64,000 nt of DNA from Nitrosopumilaceae archaeon (GCA_965214835.1 CBDCCK010000002.1:1600001-1664000); one strand, 5' to 3'. Shown: positions 10,314 through 20,607, counted from the first letter of the stretch. Notes: a model not told the origin generated them from the sequence alone. A program made the numbers and translations.

Positions 10314-10593
10314 CGATTCCTTCCCAGCAGTCCACTTAATACAGACCGCGTCTCGTCTCTCAGCGCGGACTGGTTGCGCGTAAAGAGCCCGACCAAGTCA
10401 TATCCTGCAACGTGGTGCATGAAGTCAAACGTAGACGACGTCGGATCCGCCAGGATTGTTTTCAAACATACCTCGTCGCGGCCGGCCATAAGAGAATTCC
10501 TCCAGCTGGAAATTTAAGCATTCTAGGTTCTGGGAACTGGCAGCTCGATGGGCGCTGGTTCTCCCGTGAAAGTGCCGGGCGCTGGAAATCTTG

Positions 10594-10671
10594 TGGTAGC
10601 GGGGAGTAGATTTGAACTACTGATTTGCGGGTTATGAGCCCGCCGGGATGACCTGACTTCCCCACCCCGCT
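10594..10671 (-). tRNA. Initiator tRNA-Met(CAT)
   Basis: A1:U72 pair, three consecutive G-C pairs in the anticodon stem, CAT anticodon, CCA encoded. Confidence 0.95.
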
Positions 10672-10870
10672 AACATGGCATATAGTTTCCATAATATTAA
10701 GTCAGGCATGGATCGGAAAACGGTTTGACTGAAAACCCACACCCCGGGCCCCTCGCTGAAATTAACCGTTCATGCCAGTCCAACGGGACTCGAGGATCTG
10801 CAGGCGGCATGAATCATGCATTATTGCTCCAGGATCGTAACAGCTCGGGCTCTGGAAGCCGTCCCTGATT

Positions 10871-11083
10871 TCAGGCACGAATCTGCCCGGGAGGGGGCCC
10901 TAAGGCGGCAAAGCTCACGCCTGAACTTCCAGAGCCCGAGCTGCTGCCCAGGATCCCCTTTTTTCTCTTGTATTCCTCCTCGGATATCTCGCCGTTGACG
11001 TATCTTATCTTCAGTGCGTCAATCGGGTTCTGGGAGGATGCCGCAGGCCCAGGACTGTTCTTTGAGGCCTTTGTATTGACCAC
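10871..11083 (-). CDS. SHOCT-domain small protein (possibly a fragment)
   Basis: PIDALKIRYVNGEISEEEYKRKK. Confidence 0.6.
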   Translation of the reverse strand: MVNTKASKNSPGPAASSQNPIDALKIRYVNGEISEEEYKRKKGILGSSSGSGSSGVSFAALGPPPGQIRA

Positions 11084-11196
11084 GCCATGCCTGAACGCAC
11101 AAAAGCAGCTAATCCTACGTGCCTAAAACCAGGGTTGTGCAACAGGCTATGCTTACCCAACAAGTTATAGGCAAGCCTGCCCAATTCTAGTAACCC

Positions 11197-11631
11197 TTGA
11201 ACATCAATGAGGCAAACAGGATTTTTCGAAAATCTATCATCAGGGGATTCTTTGAGCCCCAGCTGATGAACCTGGACTTTAGAAAATCCAGCGTAAAGCA
11301 TCCGGACATCAAGGATGATGGCCTGATGCAAAGCGACCTGCTGCACGTCTTTTTTGACATCGAGACCGGCTCTGACTATCCTGACGGCGATGAGTGGTTC
11401 ATTGTAGAGATGCTGTTTCCCCACGATCTAAAGATCCCAGATAACCTCAAGGGGCCAGACTACTTTACAACCGTTTCCGTGGGGGATGGAAGGAACTTTT
11501 GGCATCACAGGGAGCTGATTCGCTACAAGTACGGCAAGTCCAAAAAGCTGTCAGAGTCCCTTGAGTTCCTAGAGGCCAAGTACAAGGAGTTTCATTCCAT
11601 GCTGGAGCCCTTGGAAAAGGATCTCACGTAG
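11197..11631 (+). CDS. Hypothetical protein
   Basis: Clean 144-aa ORF with protein-like composition, converging on the next gene. Confidence 0.75.
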   Translation: MNINEANRIFRKSIIRGFFEPQLMNLDFRKSSVKHPDIKDDGLMQSDLLHVFFDIETGSDYPDGDEWFIVEMLFPHDLKIPDNLKGPDYFTTVSVGDGRNFWHHRELIRYKYGKSKKLSESLEFLEAKYKEFHSMLEPLEKDLT

Positions 11632-12163
11632 AGGGCCCTATCCACCGGTTGTTCTTGAACAGATATTCGACATCTAGCGCATTGGCCGAAAAAATCCTCC
11701 ACCTGACTGACTCTGAATCGAACCTGTAGGTGACCTGGTTTACCTTTTCAGGAAGCCTTTCTGGAACTAGCTGGTACGGGATCAGCTCCAAAACAAAGTC
11801 CATTTTCTCTATGGCGTTTCCAAACCACTGCTTCTCACCAACGTCTACGATGAACCTGATTGACGGCATTCCCTTGAAGATTATCTCAATCTTTAACGCA
11901 TTCCCGGAGCCCCTGCGCCGCTTCATCTCCTTGAATAATGCCTTGACCTTCTCCCACCGCCTGAACTCAAACCACCTGAAAAACTCCTCACTGAACCGAA
12001 CCGGAATTACTATCTTGAGATAGCTTACAAAATCGTCGTCGTCTGGCTCGATCTCCTCCTGTGTGACCCTGAACTTTGAGTTAAAGTATCCGTATGCGAC
12101 CTCCGACTCCCAGGGGGAGACCCCGTAATATGTGCAGTTTACCTCAAGGGGCTGCTCACTCAT
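11624..12163 (-). CDS. Hypothetical protein
   Basis: Clean 179-aa ORF with upstream TTTAATTA. Confidence 0.75.
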   Translation of the reverse strand: MSEQPLEVNCTYYGVSPWESEVAYGYFNSKFRVTQEEIEPDDDDFVSYLKIVIPVRFSEEFFRWFEFRRWEKVKALFKEMKRRRGSGNALKIEIIFKGMPSIRFIVDVGEKQWFGNAIEKMDFVLELIPYQLVPERLPEKVNQVTYRFDSESVRWRIFSANALDVEYLFKNNRWIGPST

Positions 12164-12237
12164 TGATTTGATGGGCTGAAATTTCTAATTAAAGGTTCCA
12201 ACATTGCCATGTCGTATCTGAAAATTACTTTGCTTTT

Positions 12238-12376
12238 TAAGTGGCATCGTACCGTTCTCTTGACTGTTCGTCAACAACCGTGGTTCCCTTTGGGGGCATC
12301 TTGCGCCTGAAGGCCCGCGCGGGGGTCTCTAGTGTGTCCCAGTCAAGGGATCTGTGCGGCTTGACGTGGCTCCACC
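12238..12376 (-). pseudogene. IS481-like transposase C-terminal remnant
   Basis: KPHRSLDWDTLETPARAFRRKMPP, homologous to RPHMSLDRENQETLAQAYERKMPP at about 52.7 kb. Confidence 0.65.
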
Positions 12377-13517
12377 GGGGTTGTTTCCTAATTCGGCAGT
12401 CCAGTATAATTTTCTAAATTCTCCCCCACATTGATCAGAACGGGTGCAGGTTCTCTAACGAGCAAACACAAAAGGCGCAAGGAGTACGACAAGTACTACC
12501 ATGCTGCTCACACCCAAGAACCGGGATTTCTCCCACCCAACATGGTTTCTTTGATCTTGGGGAACCCATATCCCGTCAAGAAGGCCAGTTCAGAACCCGG
12601 ACGACCGATAGTCCACAGCCGTGACAGGCCTGCATGCCTGTGCATTTTGATGGTGTGTCTGAGCCTGACGTACCGTGACACGCAGTACCTTGCACAATAT
12701 CTAAAGCTGCCCCGCTGGAACGACGAACCGGTGCCAGACCACGTCACTCTGCAAGCTCATGCCAAAGATTCCCCACAAGTGGCTTGAGGAGGAGGTATCT
12801 GAGACTGCACGCAGATGCCTTGCAGGGTTTGACACGTCTGCACTCAAGCTTGCAGCCGACAGCACCGGTGTCGTTACTGACAGATACGACAAAAAGAAGA
12901 GGGAAAGGGATCTCATGCCAAAGAAGGCGGGCAAAAAGGCCGAAATTACGCACGAATCGGGCGCAAAAAAGGCCAAAAGAAAGAGAAAGGCCAAGCCCTA
13001 CAAGGAATGTCCAAGGTGGCACGTGGCATGCGTGCCGGACCTGCAGGTAATCCTGGCATGCAGGATTACCCCTGACAGGATGGCAGACATCGCCGTTTTA
13101 AGATCACTCTTGCAGAAGATTGGCAGGATCGGACTCGGGTTCTCCGGCTGCATCTTTAATGCAGACAGGTGATACGACTCGGACGAGAACGCAAGGCTCA
13201 TCAAGGAATACGGAATGAAGCCAAACATCAAGCTGAGAGCCAATGCCGTCCGCACCAAAATGAAGCACGGAAGGGAGGCCGCCAAGACGTTTGACCATAC
13301 ATCATACAGGACGCGCGGGATGATGGAGGGAATCCTTGGCGCAGAGGAGACAGAGAACCACAGGCTGATGTGCCGGTTCAGAAAGGCATCAACCCGCAGA
13401 AGGTTCGGCCTGTGCAAGGCCATAGGATGGAACCTCGAGGCGCCAAACAGGTTCGAATGCGCCGCAAGTCTCGGGACACCGGTGGAGACAGCATGAGTGA
13501 ATCATGAAACAAACCCC
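12377..13517 (+). mobile_element. Defective IS5/IS4-like DDE element, probable parent of MITE-C
   Basis: Left end GGGGTTGTTTCCTAATTC, degenerate right end GAATCATGAAACAAACCCC; broken transposase PDHVTL, AADSTG, FNADR*YDS, YRTRGMME. Confidence 0.8.
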
Positions 13518-13549
13518 ATTTCATTTGGCTGCAGCATAGGTTACAATGC

Positions 13550-13625
13550 TAGACCTTGTGCGCATTTGCCAAAAATGACGTAAAAGCTGCCTGATTTTTT
13601 TGATCTGTGCAGATTACAAAGTCTA
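13550..13625. mobile_element. MITE-B (subfamily 2)
   Basis: TAGAC...GTCTA ends; interior nearly identical to 37652-37731. Confidence 0.75.
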
Positions 13626-13660
13626 AGGATTAAATTGGAAAAACTGTCCAGTACAGCCAG

Positions 13661-14143
13661 ATGCTTTTTTCCACAATCATCGGGGATCTCCAGTCAAGCC
13701 TCAGGTCTGATCTGGCGCAGATCAGGTTCCTTCTGAAAAAGAACCCGGCACTGGGATACACCAGGATCACCGAGATAGGGCACAGGGTCGGGGAAAAGTA
13801 CGGCATCAGGCTAGTCGTAAACTTTCCGCACGAGGGAAAAATCGAAGAGTACGGGATGTATGGCAAGAGGGACCTGAGCCTGATCATCGACCAGAAAAAA
13901 ACAAGGTTTCCAGTTGACAGGGAGGAAATCAAGAAAAAGGCTGCAGGGCTGATACGGGATGTAAGGACGGAGGATGCGTACATGTACGAGGGCAAGGAGG
14001 GCGTCAGGCTGCTGTTCAAAGACGGCAGGATAGATGTCCTGCCCCACTCGGTCCACATCTGGTGCGAGTTTACAGAGGACGTGACGCAGTTCTGTGACTG
14101 GCTGCTAGAGACGGTATACCTGCTGGGGCCAAACGGTGCCTAG
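13661..14143 (+). CDS. Hypothetical protein
   Basis: 160-aa ORF with host-like codon usage. Confidence 0.75.
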   Translation: MLFSTIIGDLQSSLRSDLAQIRFLLKKNPALGYTRITEIGHRVGEKYGIRLVVNFPHEGKIEEYGMYGKRDLSLIIDQKKTRFPVDREEIKKKAAGLIRDVRTEDAYMYEGKEGVRLLFKDGRIDVLPHSVHIWCEFTEDVTQFCDWLLETVYLLGPNGA

Positions 14144-14496
14144 CCGTCCTCCAGGGCATCGATGATTTTTTGTGCCTCCTCATGCCCCGGCTCCAGTTTT
14201 AGAATCCTCCTGCAGCATTCTAGCGCGACATCATGCTCCTTGAGGTGCACGTGGACGTTTGCCTTGAGGTGCAGCGCCCCTACGTCATCGGGCTGGATCT
14301 CCAGCGAGCGGTCAAAATACCGCAGTGCCCTTTGCGCATCCTCCACGATATAGTATATGGTACCCATGATAAAGTGATAGTCGGCATCGTCTGAAAACTT
14401 TGATGCCAGGCCGTTTCCAAATGCTATTGCATCCTCGTACTCGCCCTGCTGGATAAGCTTGCGCAGCTTTCTTTTTGGGAATCTAAACAGTGCCAT
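14140..14496 (-). CDS. TPR-repeat protein
   Basis: TPR helices (GTIYY...ALRYFDRSLEIQP; ALECCRRILKLEP). Confidence 0.85.
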   Translation of the reverse strand: MALFRFPKRKLRKLIQQGEYEDAIAFGNGLASKFSDDADYHFIMGTIYYIVEDAQRALRYFDRSLEIQPDDVGALHLKANVHVHLKEHDVALECCRRILKLEPGHEEAQKIIDALEDG

Positions 14497-14512
14497 GCCT
14501 AACCAAGGTACA

Positions 14513-16024
14513 TCAGGATGATACGGCGATGACTCCGTTTTCAATCAGCCACGTAATTCCATTCACAAAGGCATTGTCGTCAATGAGTCCAAGATGCCAG
14601 GCCTCTGCGCTATCCTTTACCCAGCTTGGAACGGAGCTTGCGGCATTTCCTGCCGCCTCGGTCGGCGGGATTACAATGACGTCGTTGTTAATCAGCCACT
14701 CGATTCCCCGCAAAAATGTAGAGTCATCAGTTAGCCCCATGGACCAGGCCTTTGCACTGTCCTTTATCCAGCTTGGAAGATTGGTTTTGGCATCTGCAGG
14801 CGGAACTATATTCTCGGCACCTTCAGGCGGAACTACAATGCTAAACTGATCGTTTTGTTGAACGGTGATTGGTACCAGCAGATAGTCACGCGTGGCGAGA
14901 TCCGGTACGACGTACTCAGGAGCCAGGCCGTACACCATTATCAGGTAGTTATTCTCGCCGGCAGGCTCTTTTGCAACCATGGTTCTCTCGGCCAGTCCTG
15001 AGGGGGAATACAGGAATTTTCTTGCATCCTCATCGGCCAGGCTTCGGAGTGGCGGGAGCGTGATGTCCTCATCAACTACCATTATGTCATACTGAACCCG
15101 GTTCAGAAATTCAGCCTCGTTATAGATGTTCTTGAATTTTATCCGCCAATCTATATCACAGCCCTGTTTTGGCTGCTCGGGCTTGTACAATACCTCCAAG
15201 CCGTAAATGCCAAATTTCTCAGTGGATTTCTTGAGAGTGGCAAACTTTAGCTGGTCAAGATCCGGGCATCCTAACGATTGCTGGATGTATTTGCCGCCCT
15301 GTATGTCGACAAATGGATCCTCTTGTACGTTCTCCTTGTAGTCAAGCAAGACAAAGGCATACTCCTGAGGAGGTATGCCGGTATTAACATGGGTAAATGT
15401 ACTTGCCTTTACCGGAAACGGGAACTCGTCTACAACCCAAACGTGGCTGTGCGCGCCGCCGGTCTTCCATCCGACACGTACGGTGTCAAAGGTTCCGGCA
15501 GGAACCGTTACAGATTCGGCTGCCTGTGGGATTATTTGCTCGCCGCCGATGTTTCCAATCTTGCCCCATGACGGCAGGCTGAACGCTTTTGGCCCCTCGC
15601 CGCCCTCGCCGCCATACGATGTCGCAAATGCAGACAGCCAGGATACAGAGGACTTGATTGCGCTGCGGTAGGTTTTCAGATCATCAGATCCTCCGGTTGG
15701 CTCTACTGTGACCTTGCCAAACTCAAACTCCCCCTTGTGGACTTTGCCGCTGTCATAAACGACTGCCTGTGCCAGCCATTTTGTCTCAGAGCCCGCCTGC
15801 CGGTCGCCCTGAATCCAAAAATCGACCTCAAAGAAGGTACACTCCTTATAGTCAACATGGCAGAGGCGGTATGAGAAATAATCCCCCTGCTTGAGTCCCT
15901 CACCCAGCCACCACTCTCCGGGAACCTGGACTCCGCCGCCAATCTGCTGTGCATGTGCCACCGACATTGTTGAGAATAAGAAAACTGTTACCCCCAGTAC
16001 CAAGACAGAAACGACGGACTTCAA
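14513..16024 (-). CDS. Secreted protein with two C-terminal PSW(I/V)K surface-type repeats
   Basis: Signal peptide; two copies of PSWxKDSAxAW..G..DD..F..GI.WLI. Confidence 0.8.
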   Translation of the reverse strand: MKSVVSVLVLGVTVFLFSTMSVAHAQQIGGGVQVPGEWWLGEGLKQGDYFSYRLCHVDYKECTFFEVDFWIQGDRQAGSETKWLAQAVVYDSGKVHKGEFEFGKVTVEPTGGSDDLKTYRSAIKSSVSWLSAFATSYGGEGGEGPKAFSLPSWGKIGNIGGEQIIPQAAESVTVPAGTFDTVRVGWKTGGAHSHVWVVDEFPFPVKASTFTHVNTGIPPQEYAFVLLDYKENVQEDPFVDIQGGKYIQQSLGCPDLDQLKFATLKKSTEKFGIYGLEVLYKPEQPKQGCDIDWRIKFKNIYNEAEFLNRVQYDIMVVDEDITLPPLRSLADEDARKFLYSPSGLAERTMVAKEPAGENNYLIMVYGLAPEYVVPDLATRDYLLVPITVQQNDQFSIVVPPEGAENIVPPADAKTNLPSWIKDSAKAWSMGLTDDSTFLRGIEWLINNDVIVIPPTEAAGNAASSVPSWVKDSAEAWHLGLIDDNAFVNGITWLIENGVIAVSS

Positions 16025-16112
16025 GTGTTGCTTTTTAGGAAAAATCCCTAGTTAAATCTTGTTCATGTTTTGCATATATAGGCAAATATAGAGGCGTGAT
16101 GAGAGCCTAGGC

Positions 16113-16283
16113 ATGTGTGACTGCCCCAAGGTTCACCTGTACGAGGTTGAGTACAAGCTAGAGGGCATGATCGTGGTTCCCACCCACAAAAACTGCGGCC
16201 ACGAGCTAAACGGGGGGCAGGCAGAAAAACTGCAAAAGGATCTAGTCAAGCTGTGGGGGTTTGAGGAAGACGAGGATGAATAA
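16113..16283 (+). CDS. 56-aa microprotein with CxC...HxxC
   Basis: MCDCPKVHLYEVEYKLEGMIVVPTHKNCGHELNGGQAEKLQKDLVKLWGFEEDEDE; AATATA upstream. Confidence 0.7.
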   Translation: MCDCPKVHLYEVEYKLEGMIVVPTHKNCGHELNGGQAEKLQKDLVKLWGFEEDEDE

Positions 16284-16307
16284 AAAAGAGGGAAAAAAAG
16301 TCGCGGT

Positions 16308-16442
16308 TTAATGCTCTGCGTTCTTGCAAAGATCGGCCTTGCAATCACAAGTAGCATCACAATAGCACTCGCTTTGCATAGAACAGTCACATTCGGTGCC
16401 GTTTTCGGCCTGTGCTGCACATCCACATGCTGCGTCTGACAT
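16308..16442 (-). CDS. 44-aa metallothionein-like protein
   Basis: MSDAACGCAAQAENGTECDCSMQSECYCDATCDCKADLCKNAEH: 9 Cys, four CxC; TTTTAAAA promoter and oligo-T terminator. Confidence 0.75.
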   Translation of the reverse strand: MSDAACGCAAQAENGTECDCSMQSECYCDATCDCKADLCKNAEH

Positions 16443-16706
16443 GATTGGTATAATACACACTTGTTTTAAAAGGTTGATACGGGGGGTTCTGTGTAATCTT
16501 CGAGACCTGAGACAGATCTTCTTTGGGTTGAACTAAGCGTTGGCAGATCCGTATGTACTGTCACAGAGTGGTTTGCACCGTTCCACCCCGTTTCCTCTGT
16601 TTCTGTGCCTTCATGCTGTCCACGATGTCCGGAATGTTTGGCTTTGACCCGCTAAAATAATCCTCGATTGTATAGATCTGAACCCTCTGATACTTTTCTC
16701 CCAAAG

Positions 16707-16827
16707 CAGTCTTCCCAGAAGTACGTGATTCATGACTGTGCAGATGGCGGCGGGCGAATCCGTAGGCATCATAATTTGATTTGTTTCAAATCTAGGGCCG
16801 TTTTCTGGGTTACTTCTGGGAAGACTG
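16707..16827. mobile_element. MITE-D (ISH3-type, 121 bp)
   Basis: 17-bp TIR CAGTCTTCCCAGAAGTA; 5-bp TSD CAAAG. Confidence 0.9.
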
Positions 16828-17974
16828 CAAAGGAGTAGTGTATATGCCGCCCTTGACGGCGGCCTCCAACATCTTCTTTGTCGGCTTTTTCATGCAGATG
16901 AATATACCAAATGCCGCGTTTTCACTTTGTACCGTTCCAACCAAGTCCCTGACCATCGCGGGATTTATCTGGTTACCACCCTTGACTGATGCGACTATCT
17001 TCTCGTACTTCGGTTTGTTGTTCCCGTCCAGACCTACCATGATTTGCCTCCTGTCATCAATTCCCCTGTCACCTACCTGCTTTTCGTTGGAGTGAAGCTT
17101 TTGTATGAGGCTTATTGCCCAGAGCTCGAACTGGAACTTGTTTGTGTCTGCCAATTTTTGTGCAGCTTCCAAAGACTGCGGAATGCCGACTATTTTCGGT
17201 TTTGTCCCGAATGAGTCATACAGTCTTTTTTCAATCAGGCTTACGGCCAGATGCGTAATGTCTATTCCAATCCAGCTACGTCCTAGTTTTTCAGAAGCTA
17301 TTACTGACGTGCCGCAACCACAAAACGGGTCGAGGACGACATCTCCCTTTTTTGAGCTTGCACTGATTATCCTTTCAAGTAGTGCAAGCGGCTTCTGGGT
17401 AGGATATCCCAACAATTCATTTCTGTATCTCTCTGTAGCCCAGATGTCAACCCACCAATCCTCCAATAATTTTCCCTTGGATTCCATCTTGGTCTTTTTT
17501 TCTTGGCTTCCAGACCCCGATGACCCAAAAACTTGGCCTGTGTTGTGCACCCCACTCTTATGCGGTATTCTTGGAGGTTCGAAATTATATGTTGCGGATT
17601 TGGTGTAAAACAAAATTATGTCGTGTTTTTTGGAATATGTGTTTGGTGATTTTCTAGGCCCTGTATAACACCATACTATCTCATTCCTAAAATTGCGTAC
17701 ATCGAATATTGGTACAACTTCAGGTCCTATTTAAAGCGCCCAGGGAACTTTTTGTCCGGAACTTTTTGATCCTTCCGCATCCGTTGTGACAGACCCGTTG
17801 CATCACCACACATCCTTTGTACATGCCAGAACCGGCGCCGTGCAGGCAACACATTGACAGACGGCACCTGCAGGCAATCAGAAACTGTTGCATTCGGTGC
17901 CGTTGACTGGCAGATTCAGCCGGATCCTTCGATATGAGGCTACGGGTTACGCCGTCCCGTAGGCGCCAGACGGA

Positions 17975-19570
17975 TCAAAGTGCCATCGGGGCTACGGGTA
18001 CGACGGCCGTCTGGTTCCAGCGTACCGCCCCCTTGCCTGCACCTGCTGCAGGCGGCCACACCGGCGGCGGCCCGGGACACTCAAAGACACTGTATCTTGT
18101 ACCGTCCGTATTGACAAGCGAGGACAGCAGGTGCGCGTCATCCTTGGCCCCTGCAAAGATATCCCAGCCCGGATCCCGCAGGTATTTCAAGAGTCCACCG
18201 GCAGGATGTATGTTTTGCTTGCGGCATGTCATCGAGAACGTCAGCAGCGCAGAAGCCGTCTTTCTTTCCCCGTCAGTTACGATCTTGTGGCGCGCATTGC
18301 GCTGTGGTATGATCCCGTCGCGTATGCATCGCTCCGTATCGTTGTTGTGCGGCGGCATTCCCGGACGCGCTAGAAACGTAAACATGTTGGGTATGGCGTT
18401 TAGCAGGTGTGTACGCACGTGATCGTCCTCATACGGGCTGATTATTTTGTATGCCTCCCTTGAAAGCTCCATGTATGTAAGCGACGCAAGCGTCTTGATC
18501 TTTTTTACCTCCCTGTAAAATTCCAGCAGCAAGTCATACCTTTTCCCATCATCGCCTTTGGGCATCTTTACTGCAAGCTTTTCTGCATACGCCAGAAGGT
18601 GCCTCCAGCACCTCTGGATTATCTCAAAGAACAGCTTGTACTGGGCCAGCCCGTCGACGACTATGGGAACCCTGGGATCCAGCCATCCAAAGTGCGTGTG
18701 CAGTACCTCAGAGGACCGGGAATCTGCAAAGACCACAAAGCACGCCCCCGCACAGTTGAGCACCCAGACGTACCCCGTGTGTCCGTCGCCGCGCTTAAAG
18801 CCGGTCTCGTCCATCTGTATCCACGGCCTGCCCGCAATGAATGTCTGTATGCATTGTATCATGTTTTGCCGGAGTGCCTCTGCCACTGCGTGCCGGGCGG
18901 CAGTCACGGTATTTGGGGCCATCTTGAATCCAAACATATACTGAAAGTACTCTGCAATGTCCTCGTCTATGTTTCCCTTCTCAAAGAACATCATGATTAG
19001 AGAGAGTGAGACGGGCCCAAGTGACGTGCCGCCTAGAAACGGGGTAGCTGCGACATGCACGGTATTGCACTGTGGACACACCGCGTTTTGGATGACGGCA
19101 TTGGCAGTAATCATGCGCATGGAGTCATCCAGATCGTTGACAAGCTTGTGGATCGGCTTGAGCATCCGTAACTGGATGTTGCACTTTGGGCATATTTTGA
19201 AATCAAGATCGTACCTTAATGTCATGGATGGCCGGTTGCCGTGCGATGTACCATGGTGTCCGCACGGAGGGCCGCGTTTCTTGCCCCTGGCCGCATCGCC
19301 GGGACTGCCGCCGGGATCCTCGCCCCTTTTCTCCCTGAACTTTTTTCTGGCATCATTGTATAATGACGGCGTGGACGTGGGCATGTTGGGACTCTCGTAC
19401 AGGGCAAGCCTTGCCTGAAGCTCAGCATTCTCCTTCTTGACATCCACATTCTCCTTCTTGACAATAGAGAGTTCTTTTTCCAGCCCGGAGATCTTCTCAT
19501 CTTGCTCCATGATCATGACAAGTGCCTTTCTAGGATCCGTACAGCGTGCAAGCACGGCTTTGGAGTCCAT
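17975..19570 (-). CDS. IS66 transposase (intact, 531 aa)
   Basis: Coiled coil, Zn ribbon, QMDETG, QRCWRHL, NNDTERCIR. Confidence 0.92.
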   Translation of the reverse strand: MDSKAVLARCTDPRKALVMIMEQDEKISGLEKELSIVKKENVDVKKENAELQARLALYESPNMPTSTPSLYNDARKKFREKRGEDPGGSPGDAARGKKRGPPCGHHGTSHGNRPSMTLRYDLDFKICPKCNIQLRMLKPIHKLVNDLDDSMRMITANAVIQNAVCPQCNTVHVAATPFLGGTSLGPVSLSLIMMFFEKGNIDEDIAEYFQYMFGFKMAPNTVTAARHAVAEALRQNMIQCIQTFIAGRPWIQMDETGFKRGDGHTGYVWVLNCAGACFVVFADSRSSEVLHTHFGWLDPRVPIVVDGLAQYKLFFEIIQRCWRHLLAYAEKLAVKMPKGDDGKRYDLLLEFYREVKKIKTLASLTYMELSREAYKIISPYEDDHVRTHLLNAIPNMFTFLARPGMPPHNNDTERCIRDGIIPQRNARHKIVTDGERKTASALLTFSMTCRKQNIHPAGGLLKYLRDPGWDIFAGAKDDAHLLSSLVNTDGTRYSVFECPGPPPVWPPAAGAGKGAVRWNQTAVVPVAPMAL

Positions 19571-19728
19571 ATGTTACATCAGACAGGCAAGATCAAAAAA
19601 GATTTCCATCGAAATTCTTTGACCAAGATGCCGATATTATGTCACTCCCGTAAACTCCAAACCTGCAATGTCTGATCACAAATGTCTGATGTTCAGCCAT
19701 GTTCGCAGGGGCATCTGATCATAAGATG

Positions 19729-19857
19729 GGGGTTGTCGCCTAATTCCACTTGTTTGACCCAATCTGCACGTTTTTCTGAATTTCCGCCCTTTTGCACGCC
19801 TGATCATATGGCATCTCAACGGTTTTCGGGGATTCTAGCGAATTAGGCGACAACCCC
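19729..19857. mobile_element. MITE-C (129 bp) nested in IS66
   Basis: TIR GGGGTTGTCGCCTAATTC; 9-bp TSD CATAAGATG. Confidence 0.92.
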
Positions 19858-20380
19858 CATAAGATGCTGCCCAAAAATGTTTGACTGTCAGTATAAAAAG
19901 GACCTGAAGTTGTACGAATATTGAATCCAATATGATCTTGAGATAATGACTCGCCGTTGGGTCACAGTGCAGGTATAGGCTTCCCGATTCTTTTAGTACC
20001 CTGTGCAGTTCCAGCAGTCTCACTGCCATCATGACAAGATACGCCATCAGGTCGCTTGTTCCTACCACATCCCTCAAACCACTTATGATGCCCCCTATTC
20101 TGGTATCCATCAGTTGCGCATACACAATCTCGGACTCGCCCGTCCACGTCCATGTGTCCTCAAACGCCTGTATTTGTGCAGGTGCATCACCATTACCACC
20201 TCCCTTACTCTTAAAGATCACGTTATAGTTTGCCTTCGAGTTAAACGGTGGATCCAAGTATACTAGGTCAACCGATTCGTCTTTGATGTGCTTTCTCAGT
20301 ATGTCAAGGTTGTCGCCGTAATACAGGGTATTGTTTTTTTGGACCCCCCCATTAGGGGAGATTCGCCGTTGGAGTTCATC

Positions 20381-20524
20381 TCAGCGTACTCTCACTTTGT
20401 TCCAGTATGGCGACTTGCATCTTTTACTGTTGCAGTTCTTTGGAGATTCGTTTCTGCTGTACCATATTTCCCCACACCTGTTGCATTCGTGACGCCAATA
20501 CGCGCCGTCTGCCTTCATACTCAT
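20381..20524 (-). CDS. Small Zn-ribbon protein directly upstream of the MTase
   Basis: CNRCGEIW...PKNCNSKRCKSPYWN; start codon uncertain. Confidence 0.7.
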   Translation of the reverse strand: MSMKADGAYWRHECNRCGEIWYSRNESPKNCNSKRCKSPYWNKVRVR

Positions 20525-20564
20525 GCACCATCTAGACCAGGCGGTCATATAACTGATTCCCATA

Positions 20565-20607
20565 TATACCCAAAAGGTATAGTATATATGTGGGTTTTAC
20601 CCACATA
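20565..20607. promoter_or_regulatory. Two palindromes overlapping TATA elements (putative operators)
   Basis: TATACC-N5-GGTATA (20565-20581) and TATGTGGGT-N3-ACCCACATA (20587-20607). Confidence 0.5.

Larger units (their letters stand above)
17712..19915 (-). mobile_element. IS66-family element
   Basis: 17-bp TIR GTACAACTTCAGGTCCT; 8-bp TSD GAATATTG. Confidence 0.95.
16561..20379 (-). pseudogene. N6/N4 DNA methyltransferase fused to an Mrr-like endonuclease domain, disrupted by IS66, MITE-D and a 5' frameshift
   Basis: YGDNL, LDPPFNS, YPTQKP, VLDPFCGCGT, GDRGID...SVKGG; frame restored by removing the insertions. Confidence 0.88.

Noticed and set aside
10023-10517. 164-aa plus-strand ORF
   Set aside because: Antisense shadow of the MTase pseudogene.
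10706-10776. GGCATG...CATGCC inverted repeat as a MITE
   Set aside because: Short, imperfect, no convincing TSD, single copy.
12240-12376. GC-rich stretch as SRP or RNase P RNA
   Set aside because: Signature motifs absent; the minus strand encodes an IS481-like C-terminus.
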